DNA of 64,000 nt from Felis catus (lineage: Eukaryota). The position numbers and the translations under genes are program-made. Shown piece by piece: positions 25,008-36,402 of this stretch. The stretch is taken from NCBI RefSeq assembly GCF_018350175.1, contig NC_058369.1, forward strand, positions 29,450,001 through 29,514,000, given 5' to 3'. The notes beneath the pieces were generated by a model, which saw nothing but the letters and a program-made list of their open reading frames with translations, did not search any database and had not been told where the DNA came from. Numbering within the stretch: position 1 is the stretch's first letter; each line of letters starts with the position of its first letter.

Positions 25008-25218
25008 TTTTTTTTTAACGTTTATTTATTTTTGGGACAGAGAGAGACAGAGCATGAACAGGCGAGGGGCAGAGAGAGAGGGAGACACAGAATCGGAAAC
25101 AAGCTCCAGGCTCTGAGCCATCAGCCCAGAGCCCGACGCGGGGCTCGAACTCACGGACCGCGAGATCGTGACCTGAGCCGAAGTCGGACGCTTAACCGAC
25201 TGCGCCACCCAGGCGCCC
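25008..25218 (-). mobile_element. CanSINE, youngest member of stack
   Basis: Diagnostics GGCGCAG, TCTGGGCTGATGG, GTCCCAAAA; flanked by TCAAGTATCTTTT at 24995 and 25221. Confidence 0.96.
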
Positions 25219-26779
25219 TGTCAAGTATCTTTTTAAAGGAGGGTGTGAACAGTGATGATGCATATTGTCTTAGTTAACTGCAATATAATATAATGATTTA
25301 AAATCATCTAAGCAAGAATATATGTGAAGTACAAAATGCCCTGCAGTATCATTTCCATCATTTTAGAAAAGAAAGTGTTCATGCTATTGTATAAATATCA
25401 TTGTTTCCCTTTTGATGGGAATAGTTTTTTACACAATGTGCTTTGCTGATGCTAAATTTCCCATTGCAGAGTGGGAAAAACGATTCTTACGTCTCCATTT
25501 TGAGTATCAGATGATAGTAGAAAGTCTGCGAAAGTGCCGTATAAACCACAAAGTTCTATTGAAATGTTGGTTAAAATAGAGGCAATCATAACAGTAATAA
25601 CTAGGTTGTGTGAGGCTTCCATTTGTGAAATAAATTAGATCATTTACCGAAAGCTCCACTAATGATTATGACTGTCAAGTTTTTTTTAAAACCACTGGTT
25701 AGAAATTAGCAGTGGAATATGGTTGCAAAGGAAGATTCCTATCAGGGGTTTTGGGGAAAACTGAGATGACCGTTTTTCAGATTGTCAGTCTCTCTGTGCT
25801 TCAGTTTCCTCGTTTCTAGAATGAAGGAGCCGTAAGTAGAGTATCTTGGGTTCCTTCCAGCCTTCCACTTTCCCCACATTCCCTTTTTATTGTTAAAAAG
25901 CATAAAAATGCTGACTCTCCACTGGGCATTTGATCCTAATAGAAAAAATTTCTCCTCTGGGCCCAATTGGATCATGGGATGGATTGTTTGACAGAATCTG
26001 TAGTAACTTGCTTGAAAAGAAGAAAGATTTGTTGATGTGTTAAAAAATTTATTTTATCCCCTCTGCCAGGATCTGACTGTTCTGTGCAGAGCCACTGGGT
26101 TTCAGGTTAGTTACCTTAAAAGTGACAAGTTTGCACTGGGGAAAAGGAGAAAGACTTGTTTCTCTCTAGCCTTCTATTTTAGAATTCATCTTGCGCCCCA
26201 CTTTCCATTGATTCGGGGGGTAGTAGCTTTGGTAGTCAGGGCAGCAGGTTCTAGAAATCAACCGAGGCCTTTTTGGAATCACAGCTCCCAAGCAACACAG
26301 CCTGCTTGCCTTCTCTTTTGAAGGAGATAAATGGCTCTCTCTTTCTCTTTCTCTCTTTCTCTTTCTGTCTGTCTCTCAGCAAGGCTGTTTAACTTTAAAG
26401 GCCAGAGGCATTAAGGATCCAGGGATCTGTGTTTTAAAGCCGGGTGTTCTTGCCCAACATTTCAGAAGCCAAGCTCAAAGCTCTCGACAGCTGAAAATAC
26501 CCCCTTGCTCTATTCAGCCAACGCAGGCGCAGCAGATTCTGGGATAACAGACCTTTTCTCATATACTCTGCTTACTGCTGAAACCTTGGTAGAGGGAAAC
26601 ACTTTTAAAATGTCTTGTTATGGAGAGGATTGGGCCAAATAAATACATTGCCTGTGGAAAATAACATACACTTGTAGTAAAGGGCAGTCTCGGTATCATA
26701 GCTGGTATTTGAAATGCAAGAAGAAGAATATTGGTTCTAGAGGGAGAATCAGTGGCTTTTCCAGTGCTTGCCTCTGCAG

Positions 26780-26900
26780 CCAGCTAGGTTTGTAAATTAC
26801 TTATCTGAGCCCCCATCTGTAAAAATGGGGATGACATCTAGCTCTAGGGATGGCTTGCTAATGCAGGCAGTGTTTGCTTTGCCTGGCTCACTCAGCATTA
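26780..26900 (+). mobile_element. MIR fragment
   Basis: TCTGAGCCCCCATCTGTAAAAATGGGGATGA. Confidence 0.55.
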
Positions 26901-27344
26901 TCACAGTTTCCACCCCCTTGCCTATCTGTGAAATGTATCATCCTGTATATATATATATAAAGGGTCCCAGAAATTTCTCCTGGGGAGGCTTTCAAGTGGT
27001 CTGCCTCAGTGAGCCCACAGTACTGTGCTCTTCCCCAGAGGTGAACAGTCTCTGGGCCAGTTTGTATGGGAGACTTCTGCACGGCCAGTCTGTGTGTGCC
27101 CAGAAGAGTCCAGAAGTCACAGCAGAACGAAAAGACCCAACCTGTCAAAACATCTAGGTTTGGGAAGCTAGATCCTTCCCTTGAAAGTCTCTTCCTCATT
27201 TGAGATCCATCTTCAGAAAATCTGAGGGGTTGGTTTTGGATTCGACTCATCCATCACTGGAATGATGAAGAGTCCAAAAATGAAATTAAATAGAATTACA
27301 AAATGCGGTTCTCACCCCCTCCCTTTCCTCAGAAGACTTATTGG

Positions 27345-27640
27345 ATGGCAGAAAATGGATGCAGCCGTTTGGGGAAGCTGTTCAGTAAAGTGGAAGATGT
27401 ATATGCTTTATGATCAGGTAATTCTATTGGTAGTTTAAAAAAAAAAAACTTGGTACATGTAGCTTGGGTGATTCGTACAAGAATCTTCATAACAGCACAG
27501 TTTGTGATAGAGAAATACTGGCTAAAACCTAAAATGTTTTTCACCAGGCAGTAGGTAAATATATGTGGTGTATTTCTCCCTTGGGGAACCATGCAGCTGC
27601 TAAAATGAATAAACAGGAACAGTTTATCAATGTGGACACA
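27345..27640 (+). mobile_element. L1ME-type fragment
   Basis: AAGAATCTTCATAACAGCACAGTTTGTGATAG..AAATACTGG..AAACCTAAAATG...GTAAATATATGTGGTGTATT. Confidence 0.65.
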
Positions 27641-28626
27641 TTTCCAGCTTTACCTGTAGCATTTCATATCTTTACTATTAAAAGAGATCTAAGGCAAGTA
27701 TAGCAAAGCATTCAATCTTGTTAAATAATGGTGGTGGCTAAATGGCTGTCAGTCATATTGTTTGTGCGTATTCAAAACACTTGTTAATTTTAGATAGCTG
27801 GTAAAAAAGAAAAGAACCGATGTCATAAGATGGTTATGGGTTACTTTTGGCATTTATTTTTATGCTAGAGAACATCATTTCCTTGAGGGAATAATGGCAA
27901 TGTGTGGCAGAAGGGAAGTGTTTGTGTGAACGTGGGTATTTTTTGTATTGGGGGTAGTTCCTCTTGTAACCCCATGGTCTACTTAACCATGAAGGCATTT
28001 TTCCCCACGTCAGCCCTCTAATGTGAGAAAAAGTGAGTGGCAGTTTAGCAGGCAGCGTATGTGAGTGGCTAAGTGGTCAGGGTGCCGAGGCGGCCTCCCT
28101 GGGTATACGTCTCTGCTCCTGTGGTGTATGAGGAAGAGATTGACCTTCTGCCCTGTTGCCTCTCTACAAACAACGTCTAGTGGCATAGTAGGCAGTAAAT
28201 GGGGTTGTTTCTGTTGACTGAAACACTAGACAGTGTGTGACTCCGAATGAATGTTAGCTGGTTTTATTATTCTAGTTTGCTGTGGCCAAGGAACGCTAGA
28301 ATTCCGTGTCAGGGCTGGAGCCTCAGTCTCTGTCACAGCTCCATGAATCCAGAACCTTCAGCACTGAGCCTGGCCGTTTCCTCAATACTGAGCTTGTCTT
28401 TGCACTGCAAGCTCTCCCTGGGCACTATCTTAAATAGCTGCTGCCCGTTTTCTGTCTGTTCCCTGCCTTGGGATGTGGGGTTGGCCTGGCAGCCTTTGCC
28501 GGACTCCATCCACCAACTCGGGCAAGCTCATGATCTCCAGTTTGATCACGGTTCATCAAATGTGTTTCTTTCCAGAATTTGATCTAGCCTGTGTGTGTGT
28601 GGAACACACACAAACACACTCACTTT

Positions 28627-29038
28627 TTTTTTTTTTTTTTTTAGAGGGAGAGAGAAAAAAAGAAAAAGTGCATAAGTAGGGGAGAGGAGCAGAGGGAGAA
28701 AATGAATCTTAAGGAGGCTCCGTGCTCAGCGAGGAGCCAGATGCAGGGCTCAGTTCCATGACTCTGGGATCATGACCTGAGCTGAAATCCATGCTTGGAC
28801 ACTTGGGGCGCCTGAGTGGCTCAGTCGGTTAAGTGTCTGACTTTTGGTTTGGGCTGGGGCCATAGTCTCATGGTTCGTGGGATCTAGCCCTGTGTTGTGC
28901 TCTGTGCTGACAGCAGGGAGGCTGTTTGATATTCTCTCTCTGTGTTCCTTACCTGCTCATAGGCTCTCTCTCAAAACAGATAAATAAACTTTGGAAAAAA
29001 AAGAGACGCCCAACTGATTGGACCACCCAGTTGCCCCC
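28627..29038 (-). mobile_element. Older CanSINE containing an oppositely oriented nested CanSINE
   Basis: Body 28627-28804, head remnant 29003-29038; outer TSD ACACACTCACTTT. Confidence 0.85.
28805..29002 (+). mobile_element. CanSINE nested in the head of the previous element
   Basis: GGGGCGCCTGAGTGGCTCAGTCGGTTAAG...CTCTCTCAAAACAGATAAATAAAC. Confidence 0.9.
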
Positions 29039-29081
29039 CAACACACACACTCACTTTCAATTTCTTGGACTTGGTCTGAGA

Positions 29082-29294
29082 CAGAGGGAGTTCTTGATCA
29101 GATGCCGCTATGTCCCTAGCAGATGCTTGGCAATGTCTGAAGACAATTTTGATTGTTACCGCTTGAAGTGAGGGAGTGCGCCATTTTCATCTAGCGCATA
29201 GAAGCCAGGGACGCTGCTGTTAAACACCTTAGGGGCCCCATTACAAAGAGTTCTCCATCCCCAAATTCAGTTGTGCTGAGGTTATGAAACTCTG
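29082..29294 (+). mobile_element. MER20-like MITE
   Basis: TTGGCAATGTCTGAAGACAATTTTGATTGT...CATCTAG...GAAGCCAGGGACGCTGCT...GTGCTGAGGTTATGAAACTCTG. Confidence 0.8.
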
Positions 29295-30115
29295 CCCTTG
29301 GCCTAATGAGGGCTGTAGACTGAGGGTCCTCATGGAAGTTGAAAGGCTTCACGACTTTAGTGAAGGACTTTCAGTGTGGAAAAAATCTGGCATCAAAGAC
29401 TTACTCTTATGTAGAGGGAAAGACAAAGCAGGTTGGGGCAGGAGCAAACCTGTTAAGCCCCTCATGGCCTAGGTCTCCTAACAGGTGTAGAAGATAAGCC
29501 CGAATAGAAAATTATTAACGTTTAGAAATTCTTCTCCCTCTTTTCCCTCTGCCTTGCGCCCTTATCTGGAGAAGGGAGATTCAGAGTGGATAATGATCTT
29601 GAGAAATCTGTTGCTCTGGCTTTTGATCCCTCTTCTCATTTTCTTCTTCTCTTTTCAGAGTGTAGAAATCATATGTCAAAGCACAGACCTGCTTAGAATA
29701 TTGAGTGTTAATAGAGGCTGGAGCTTTCTTTTTGCTGCATTCTGGTTCAGCAACTGACACTTGAGGAAGTACTTCCTATTGATATCGTTCAGGGAACGGT
29801 TTCAGAAGGGCCCTGAGCTGCATGGGGATGGTATCAGAAGCACTTGAATCCCATCTGCAAGGCTAAAGGCTTTGAGAGAGAGAGGATCCTCTTTTAAAGG
29901 AATCATAATGTCTTTAATGTTAATTATACAGGCTACCTGATTAATCAGTAAACTCCCATCTTTATGCATAAAGGGAACCGCACGATGTTCAAAATGAAGG
30001 TTACCTAGTGGCTTGAAAGAGCTGTTTGCTCTGTGTTTATATTTTGGGACTTGGATAGCTAGTGCTTCAGACATCTATCAGGTGGAGGGCTGTCTGCTTG
30101 GAGCTGTGCCTTAGC

Positions 30116-30173
30116 TGCACACACACACACACACACACACGCTCACATGTGCATGTGCACGCACGCACACACA
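30116..30173. repeat. (CA)n plus mixed purine-pyrimidine alternating tract
   Basis: Read directly. Confidence 0.9.
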
Positions 30174-30234
30174 GATGCATAGATTTTATAGACTGGCTTC
30201 ACACTTTGCTGAGGTCCTTCTATTCCTACTTTTA

Positions 30235-30488
30235 TTTTAATTAATTAATTAATTAATTTATTTATTTATTTAAAAAAATTTTTAACGTTTATTTATTTTT
30301 TTGAGACAGAGAGAGACACAGCATGAACAGGGGAGGAGCAGAGAGAGAGGGAGACACAGAATCCGAAACAGGCTCCAGGCTCTGAGCTGTCAGCACAGAG
30401 CCCGACGCGGGGCTCGAACTCACGGACCGTGAGATCATGAGCTGAGCCGAAGTTGGACGCTTAACCAACCAAGCCACCCAGGCACCCC
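30235..30488 (-). mobile_element. CanSINE with (TTAA)n/(TTTA)n expanded tail
   Basis: TSD TTCT(A/G)TTCCTACTTTTA. Confidence 0.95.
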
Positions 30489-30796
30489 TTCTGTTCCTAC
30501 TTTTAAAAGAGCCATCATTTCTCGCACGGATGTAACTAGAGAACAAACCTCGCAGAGATGGTTGAATTTGTTTTCACTTCTATCCTCTGCCTAGAATCAA
30601 GATCAAGGAGAGGCCAGATTTTATTTCATTCTTGACTCACTTTGATAAGAGCCCAAGGTGAGGGACACAAATGGCAATGGGGAAACCTTAGAATTGAAAT
30701 CCAGTCCCTGCTTTAAAAAGTCTTACTCATGATTGACCAAAAGCAGTTTTTCTTAACAGAAAGCATTATACATAATGTTTAAAATTGTTAGTTTTT

Positions 30797-30975
30797 GAGG
30801 CATCTGTTGGCTGAGTCAGTTGAGCATCCGACTCTTGATTTTGGCTCAGGTCATGATCCCAGGGTCATGGGATCGAGCTCCCCTTGGGGTTCTGTGCTGA
30901 ATGTGAAGCCTGCTTAAGAGGCTGTCTTTCTCTCCCACCTCCCTCTCTGCTCTGCTCATTCTCTCTGTAAAATAA
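30797..30975 (+). mobile_element. Older CanSINE
   Basis: CCGACTCTTGATTTTGGCTCAGGTCATGATCCCAGGGTCATGGGATCGAG...CCTGCTTAAGA. Confidence 0.9.
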
Positions 30976-30983
30976 AAAAAAAA

Positions 30984-31204
30984 ATTTTAATGTTTATTTT
31001 TTGAGAGACAGAGAGAGATAGAGAAACAGAGCATGAGTGGGAGAGGGGCAGAGAGAGAGGGAGACACAGAATCCAAAGCAGGCTCCCCAGGCTCCGAGCT
31101 GTCAGCACAGAGCCCGATGCGGGGCTCGAGTTCATGGACTTCAAGATCATAACCTGAACCAAAGTCGTCGGACACTTAACCGACTGAGCCACCCAGGCGC
31201 CCCC
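30984..31204 (-). mobile_element. CanSINE, tail-to-tail with the previous copy
   Basis: Canonical reverse sequence ending CAGGCGCCCCC. Confidence 0.95.
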
Positions 31205-31329
31205 TAATTTTTTTTTTTTTTTAGTTTTTCAGAGCCCTATGTCAATGAAAGAGATTTTTACAATGAAAATCAGTAATTAGGAAGAATGCAACATTACTTA
31301 CCTGGCTCTCCTGCCAAAAAAGTATAATC

Positions 31330-31705
31330 TCATTCCAATCTTGGGATGACATCAGACACCCCAACGTGAGAAACCTTCTACAGTTAACTGATTGAGGACA
31401 CATTGTTTTTTAAGATCAGGAAGACTGAGGAACTGTCACAGACTGGAGGAGGCTATGGAGAAATAACTAAGCGCGATACGGGATTGGAAACTGTAAAAAG
31501 ACATTAAGGGAAAACCTGGTACAGTTCAAATAATGTCTGTCGTTCTACTTAATAGCATCATGCCAATGTTAATTTCCTGGTTTTGATCACTGTATTATGG
31601 TTATGCAAGATGTCAGCATTGGGGGAAGCTGAGTGAGGGCTATGTGAAAACTCTGTGCTGTTTTTGGAACTTTTCTGTAATTCTGCAATTTTTTCAATAC
31701 AAATT
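31330..31705 (+). mobile_element. L1MC/ME 3' end fragment
   Basis: GAACTGTCACAGACTGGAGGAG...ATGCCAATGTTAATTTCCTGGTTTTGAT...GGGGGAAGCTG...AACTTTTCTGTAA. Confidence 0.8.
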
Positions 31706-32129
31706 TGTTTTTTCAAAAGCAGTAATTACTATGTGTAACCAAACCAAGTTAAACAGTTCCCGTTGTTCCCTTACCCTGCTAGCAGTTTAAATAGCACTTC
31801 ACAGAAATAGTTTACAAGGGTGTTTTATGAATAACAAAGCCATGAAAGTATTGGTTGCACATACTAAATGGCAGATTTAGTTTTTAAATTGAAATGATAC
31901 ATTAAACTTTTTCAGGTTAGTACTTGGCCTTTAAAAAACTATTATAAAAGTAATTAGGCTTACTGTAAACATTTCAGTAATAAATATAAAGCAGAGAGGG
32001 GTATTCTTCTTAACTCCTATCTCTACTTCCCCTGCCATTATCAAGGTGATGCCTCCCACTGTGAAAAGTTAGGTGAAAAGTTCGGGTGTCTAGGTCACCA
32101 AGTCCAGACCACAGAATATCTATTAAGCA

Positions 32130-32430
32130 GAATGTGGTCATGTTGCCAAAGCCCTTCCATAACTTATTCCCCCCCCCCCCAACCTAACAGGAACTCAGGG
32201 CTTTCTTCAGGACATGTGTTTCTCCCTTACCTGCTATAAAATATCTTTTACATCTGCCATAATGTGTTCATTTAGCTACTCCTATATGAAAATTTCATCT
32301 GTCTTCCAGATTTCATCCATCAAGTGTTTAACATCTCCTCTCTTGACATTCCTCTTTTTTTTTTTTTTAACGTGTAGCCTTTAATTCAGGCCTACATTTT
32401 TCTACCAGAAAGAGAGTATGGCGTCTGCCT
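32130..32430 (+). mobile_element. L2 3' fragment
   Basis: TTTCTACCAGAAAG...TGTGCAAGCTC and general L2-like 3' profile; degraded. Confidence 0.35.
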
Positions 32431-33991
32431 TGTGCAAGCTCTGCTTTCGTGTTTTTAATTATTTTGTATCTGTAATGTAACTTCCTAGACACCAAATGTC
32501 TGGGTCCAAATATAATAATGTTTTGCGTTTAATCTGCAAAGAAGAAAAGTCATATTTAAATTCTGTGGTTTCCAGCTTGTATTTAATTTTTAGACCAGTG
32601 TGGCCCTGCAGGGAGCTCAGAAGTGTGACTTTGTGTTTGGATATTTATTCCTAAGTACTGAGAAGGCGGATGTTGTACAGCATAGAGAAGTATGTGAGCA
32701 AGCTGGCCTGGCCTTCAGAAGTTAATTTTGTGTTTTTAAACCCTGGTGTAAGTGCATCGCCTCCCAGCAGGGGGTTAATAAGTAACCCACAGAGAAGTGG
32801 CACAGGTGCCTAGATTTAGTTGTTCTGTAGTTTATCATGAGACCCGAAAGGAGGGGGAAACAGCTGAATAAACAGTTCAAAGAAGTTTATCATATTTGAG
32901 TGGTTAATAAAAATATACTAAAGAGAACGAATTTCGGTAGTTGTGTGTAGGCCTCGAGTAGAAAAAGCAGTAATGGTTTAGGTGCACTTGAGAAACATGT
33001 AGGTGGGATGCTAATATGTTTACATATAGGAGTTTCTGAGACAGTGGGACGGAAATAATGGAAATGATGGCAGTACCGGGGAGAAGAAGATAAAGGGGAT
33101 CCTGGTTGGTGAAGGAAGATAGCTCTTTGGTTCCAAAATATTTAAACCCCAAACAAGCTGTGGGTGTTGTGGATTTATTGTGTTAGCGGTGACACCTTTC
33201 AAAATTAGGAAGAACAAGGTATGTTCTCGAATACAGTAGGCTGGCATAATTACCGAAAATACAGTAAATGTCCCTATCATTCTTTGGGTTTAATCTTAAC
33301 ATAATTAGCTCCTTGCACAATGGAGTATTTAATTTGAAATGCTGCCAACGCTTATTAAGTGAGAAAAGTGCTTCCCGAGATCTCTGTTGTTACATTTGGG
33401 ACTTTCTAGATGAGATCACTTTCCCCAGAATTGCCGGGGTATCAGAGTTGTTGCTCATATTCTGGCCTTTGTCACCCAAACTCACCGAAACGCTTACCAT
33501 TTTCAGTTCTATTGATGGCATCTTTTATGAATATCAGTGATTTTGCCCAGTTGTTTGGAAACAAATTAATTTCTGGAGACCTGACAAACCCATTTGCCCT
33601 GCAGCACCTTGCTGGTTCAGCGACTTGGTAGTAAATGGGCACCAGTAGAATTTATTTCTTTCATCTCTTGTTTTGGATTTTCTTTGTTTATTGCTGAGTC
33701 AGGGCAAGAAATAGGAAACGTGAATATCCGTTTTCTTTGGTTTGCATGTCTCTTTTGGTTGTGACTTGACATTTCCCCAGGTTTGTAAAACACAGTGGAA
33801 TCCTGACGACTTTGGGGTTGGAGTGCAGAATATTTTAATATGCTTTCATAGTTTGTAGATATATCAAGTGACAATAACCAATAGTGCAAGTTATTCCCTA
33901 AGATCACTCACCTGTGTATACTAGAATTCCTTGGTGTTTTTAACCTACTTCCATATAGTAATAGAATATCTAATCAAGAGTATAAAAAATT

Positions 33992-34211
33992 GGGGCGCCT
34001 GGGTGGCGCAGTCGGTTAAGCGTCCGACTTCAGCCAGGTCACGATCTCGCGGTCCGTGAGTTCGAGCCCCGCATCGGGCTCTGGGCTGATGGCTCAGAGC
34101 CTGGAGCCTGTTTCCGTTTCTGTGTCTCCCTCTCTGTCTGCCCCTTGCCCATTCATGCTCTGTGTCTCTCTGTCCCAAAAATAAATGAACGTTGAAAAAA
34201 AAAATTAAAAA
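33992..34211 (+). mobile_element. Very young CanSINE (SINEC_Fc-type)
   Basis: Same diagnostics as 20498 copy; perfect TSD AAGAGTATAAAAAATTGG. Confidence 0.97.
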
Positions 34212-34459
34212 AAGAGTATAAAAAATTGGAAAGTTATCATCATTAAGAATCAGCATAGGTTCAACCAGGAATAAGTCCTGTGTAATTTGCCTCATTTCCT
34301 TTTTTGGTCAGAGACAAACCTAGTTTGTCTAAAAAATTCCTTATAAAAATGAATGGGAAATGTGGGCTCTAGGATGATAAGGGTTCACATGGCAATTTAA
34401 CAACTAGGGTGATGATTAAGAAGGCAGTGAAAACCTGCATAAGGCCTAGATAATTGCCC

Positions 34460-35185
34460 TGACTCAGCAATAAATACTAGGACAGTTTTAAGTCTTCTGA
34501 TATGAACATGAGCTGTCTTGTTTATGTAGGTCCTTCATTTCTTTCCATGATACTTTCTAGTTTTTAGTATACGCATTTTTTACTTGTCTTGTAAAATATA
34601 TTTATCTATTTAATTTTTATCTTTTATTTTTAACTTTAAATTTTTAAAGTTTATTTATTTAGAGAGAGCACAAGCAGGGGAGAGGCAGAGAGAGGGGGGA
34701 GAGAGAATCCCAAGCAGGCTTCACATTGTCAACATGGAACCCGATGCGGGGGCTCAAACTCCTGAACCATGAGATCATGACCTGAGCTGAAACCAAGAGT
34801 CAAGACGCTTAACCAACTGAACCACCCGGGCACCCCTGTAAAAGATGTTTCTAAGGGTCTTATATTTTTTTTTATGTTCTTTTAAAGGGAATTGTTTCCT
34901 TAATTTCCTGTTTGTTCGTTGCTAGTGTATAGAACAACCACTGAGTTCTGTATATCGATCTGTCTCCTGTAGTCCCGCCAGTTTCCTCAATTCATTTGTT
35001 AACTCTGTTCAGTTTTGGTGGTTCTCGTTGGGATGTTTCTTTCTATAACATCATGTCATCTGCAAGTGGAGACAGTTTCACTTACTCGTTTCCAATCCAC
35101 TGACTTTTATTTCTTTTTCTGGCCTATTGCTCTACCACCTCCAGTAGAGTGTTGAATAGACGTGGTGAGGGGTGACATTTTTGGC
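34460..35185 (-). mobile_element. L1 ORF2 (RT-region) relic interrupted by CanSINE
   Basis: TCATGTCATCTGCAAG at ~35051-35066 reads (L)ADDM on minus strand, the L1 RT FADDM motif; flanking L1 ORF2-like sequence; no intact ORF. Confidence 0.85.
34605..34836 (-). mobile_element. CanSINE (older)
   Basis: Reverse head GAAACCAAGAGTCAAGACGCTTAACC; decayed TSD TGTAAAA(T/G)AT(A/G)TTT. Confidence 0.92.
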
Positions 35186-35504
35186 TCCTTAATGTATTTT
35201 AGGGAGCGTTTTCTTCTTCTTGGACTGAATATATATTCGTACGTAATGCCTTGTCGGTCTTTATATTATAATGAAACAAACAAATCCATTTTATAGCTGA
35301 AGATGTGGAAGGGTGAACCAGTGGTGGTTTCCACTGCAGCTCACTGCCCTTTGTTCTGAATTTGCTTGTTATGTGGTCACATGAAAACTGACCCAGTGCT
35401 AGTTCCAAGGACAGATTCTTTTCTATGGCATCTTCATTATAGCGTCAAAAAGAACTTCGTACTCTCTGGCTCTATAAAAAGAATAGTCACATCAGGCAAA
35501 CGCA

Positions 35505-35645
35505 TAATTTAATTCACTTATTCAAATATTTAACGAGTGCTTACCAAATACCAGCTGTAATTGGTGTTCTGGAGAAATAGCAGTTCATAAGAAGTTGAGA
35601 GTCTCGTTGCTTAGAGGCAGACCAATTAGCTATTAGATTGATAAA
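35505..35645 (-). mobile_element. L2 3' end
   Basis: ATTCACTTATTCAAATATTTAACGAGTGCTTACC...CCAG...TGTTCTGGAGAAATAGCAGT. Confidence 0.6.
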
Positions 35646-35706
35646 TACAAAATTTGTTTAGACTATTTGTCTCCTCTCCACCACCTTTCCTCGAATTCCT
35701 ATTTTA

Positions 35707-35737
35707 TTTTGTTTTTACATTTCTTTTAATCTTTGTT

Positions 35738-35790
<53 letters not shown>

Positions 35791-35960
35791 CAGAGTGTGA
35801 ATGGGGGAAGGGCAAAGAGAGGGAGACACAGAATCTGAAGCAGGCTCTAGGCTCTGAGCTGTCAGCACAGAGCCCGACGCGGGGCTCGAACCCACAAACC
35901 ATGCTACCGTGACCTGAGGTGAAGTCGGATGCTTAACTGACTGAGCCACCCAGGCGCCCC
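35707..35960 (-). mobile_element. CanSINE with expanded (GA)n
   Basis: TSD GAATTCCTATTTTA; (GA)~24 at 35741-35788. Confidence 0.96.
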
Positions 35961-36322
35961 TAGAATTCCTATTTTAAAATGCATTCAGAGACTGACATAC
36001 AGCATAGTTAGAAGGTCTAAAACCATGTAATATGCAGAACAGCTAAAAGAGTCAGGGAATGACTGTATGATGTTTAGCCAAGAGTTTTGGGATATGAATG
36101 AGGAAAGAAGGAAGTTACATGTTAGTGGTTGCTATTATTTGTCCTCTGGATACAGTGACGTGTTGGTTCGCATTCAGATGGTACTCAGCCGATGGAAGTT
36201 GAAGCGAGAGAGATTTTAAATGTCTTTATACCAAGAGATTTTCACTGGATCGATGTTTCTTTCATTGGAACATGTTAGACTGGGTAGTCACTACCCCCTT
36301 TAGACAGAGCATGCATGCTGGT

Positions 36323-36402
36323 GTTTTGTTTTGTTTTGTTTTGTTTTGTTTTGTTTTGTTTTGTTTTGTTTTGTTTTGTTTTGTTTTGTTTTGTTTTGTT
36401 TT
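36323..36402. repeat. (GTTTT)16 perfect pentanucleotide repeat
   Basis: Counted directly. Confidence 0.95.

Noticed and set aside
24748-25233. Regularly spaced direct repeats (TCAAGTATCTTTT x3) separated by ~220-bp 'spacers', superficially array-like
   Set aside because: Eukaryotic DNA; the spacers are homologous SINEs and the repeats are TSDs, so this is not CRISPR-like.
34460-35185. RT motif (LADDM) on the minus strand suggesting a reverse-transcriptase gene
   Set aside because: Degraded ancient L1 ORF2 fragment with frameshifts, stops and a SINE insertion.
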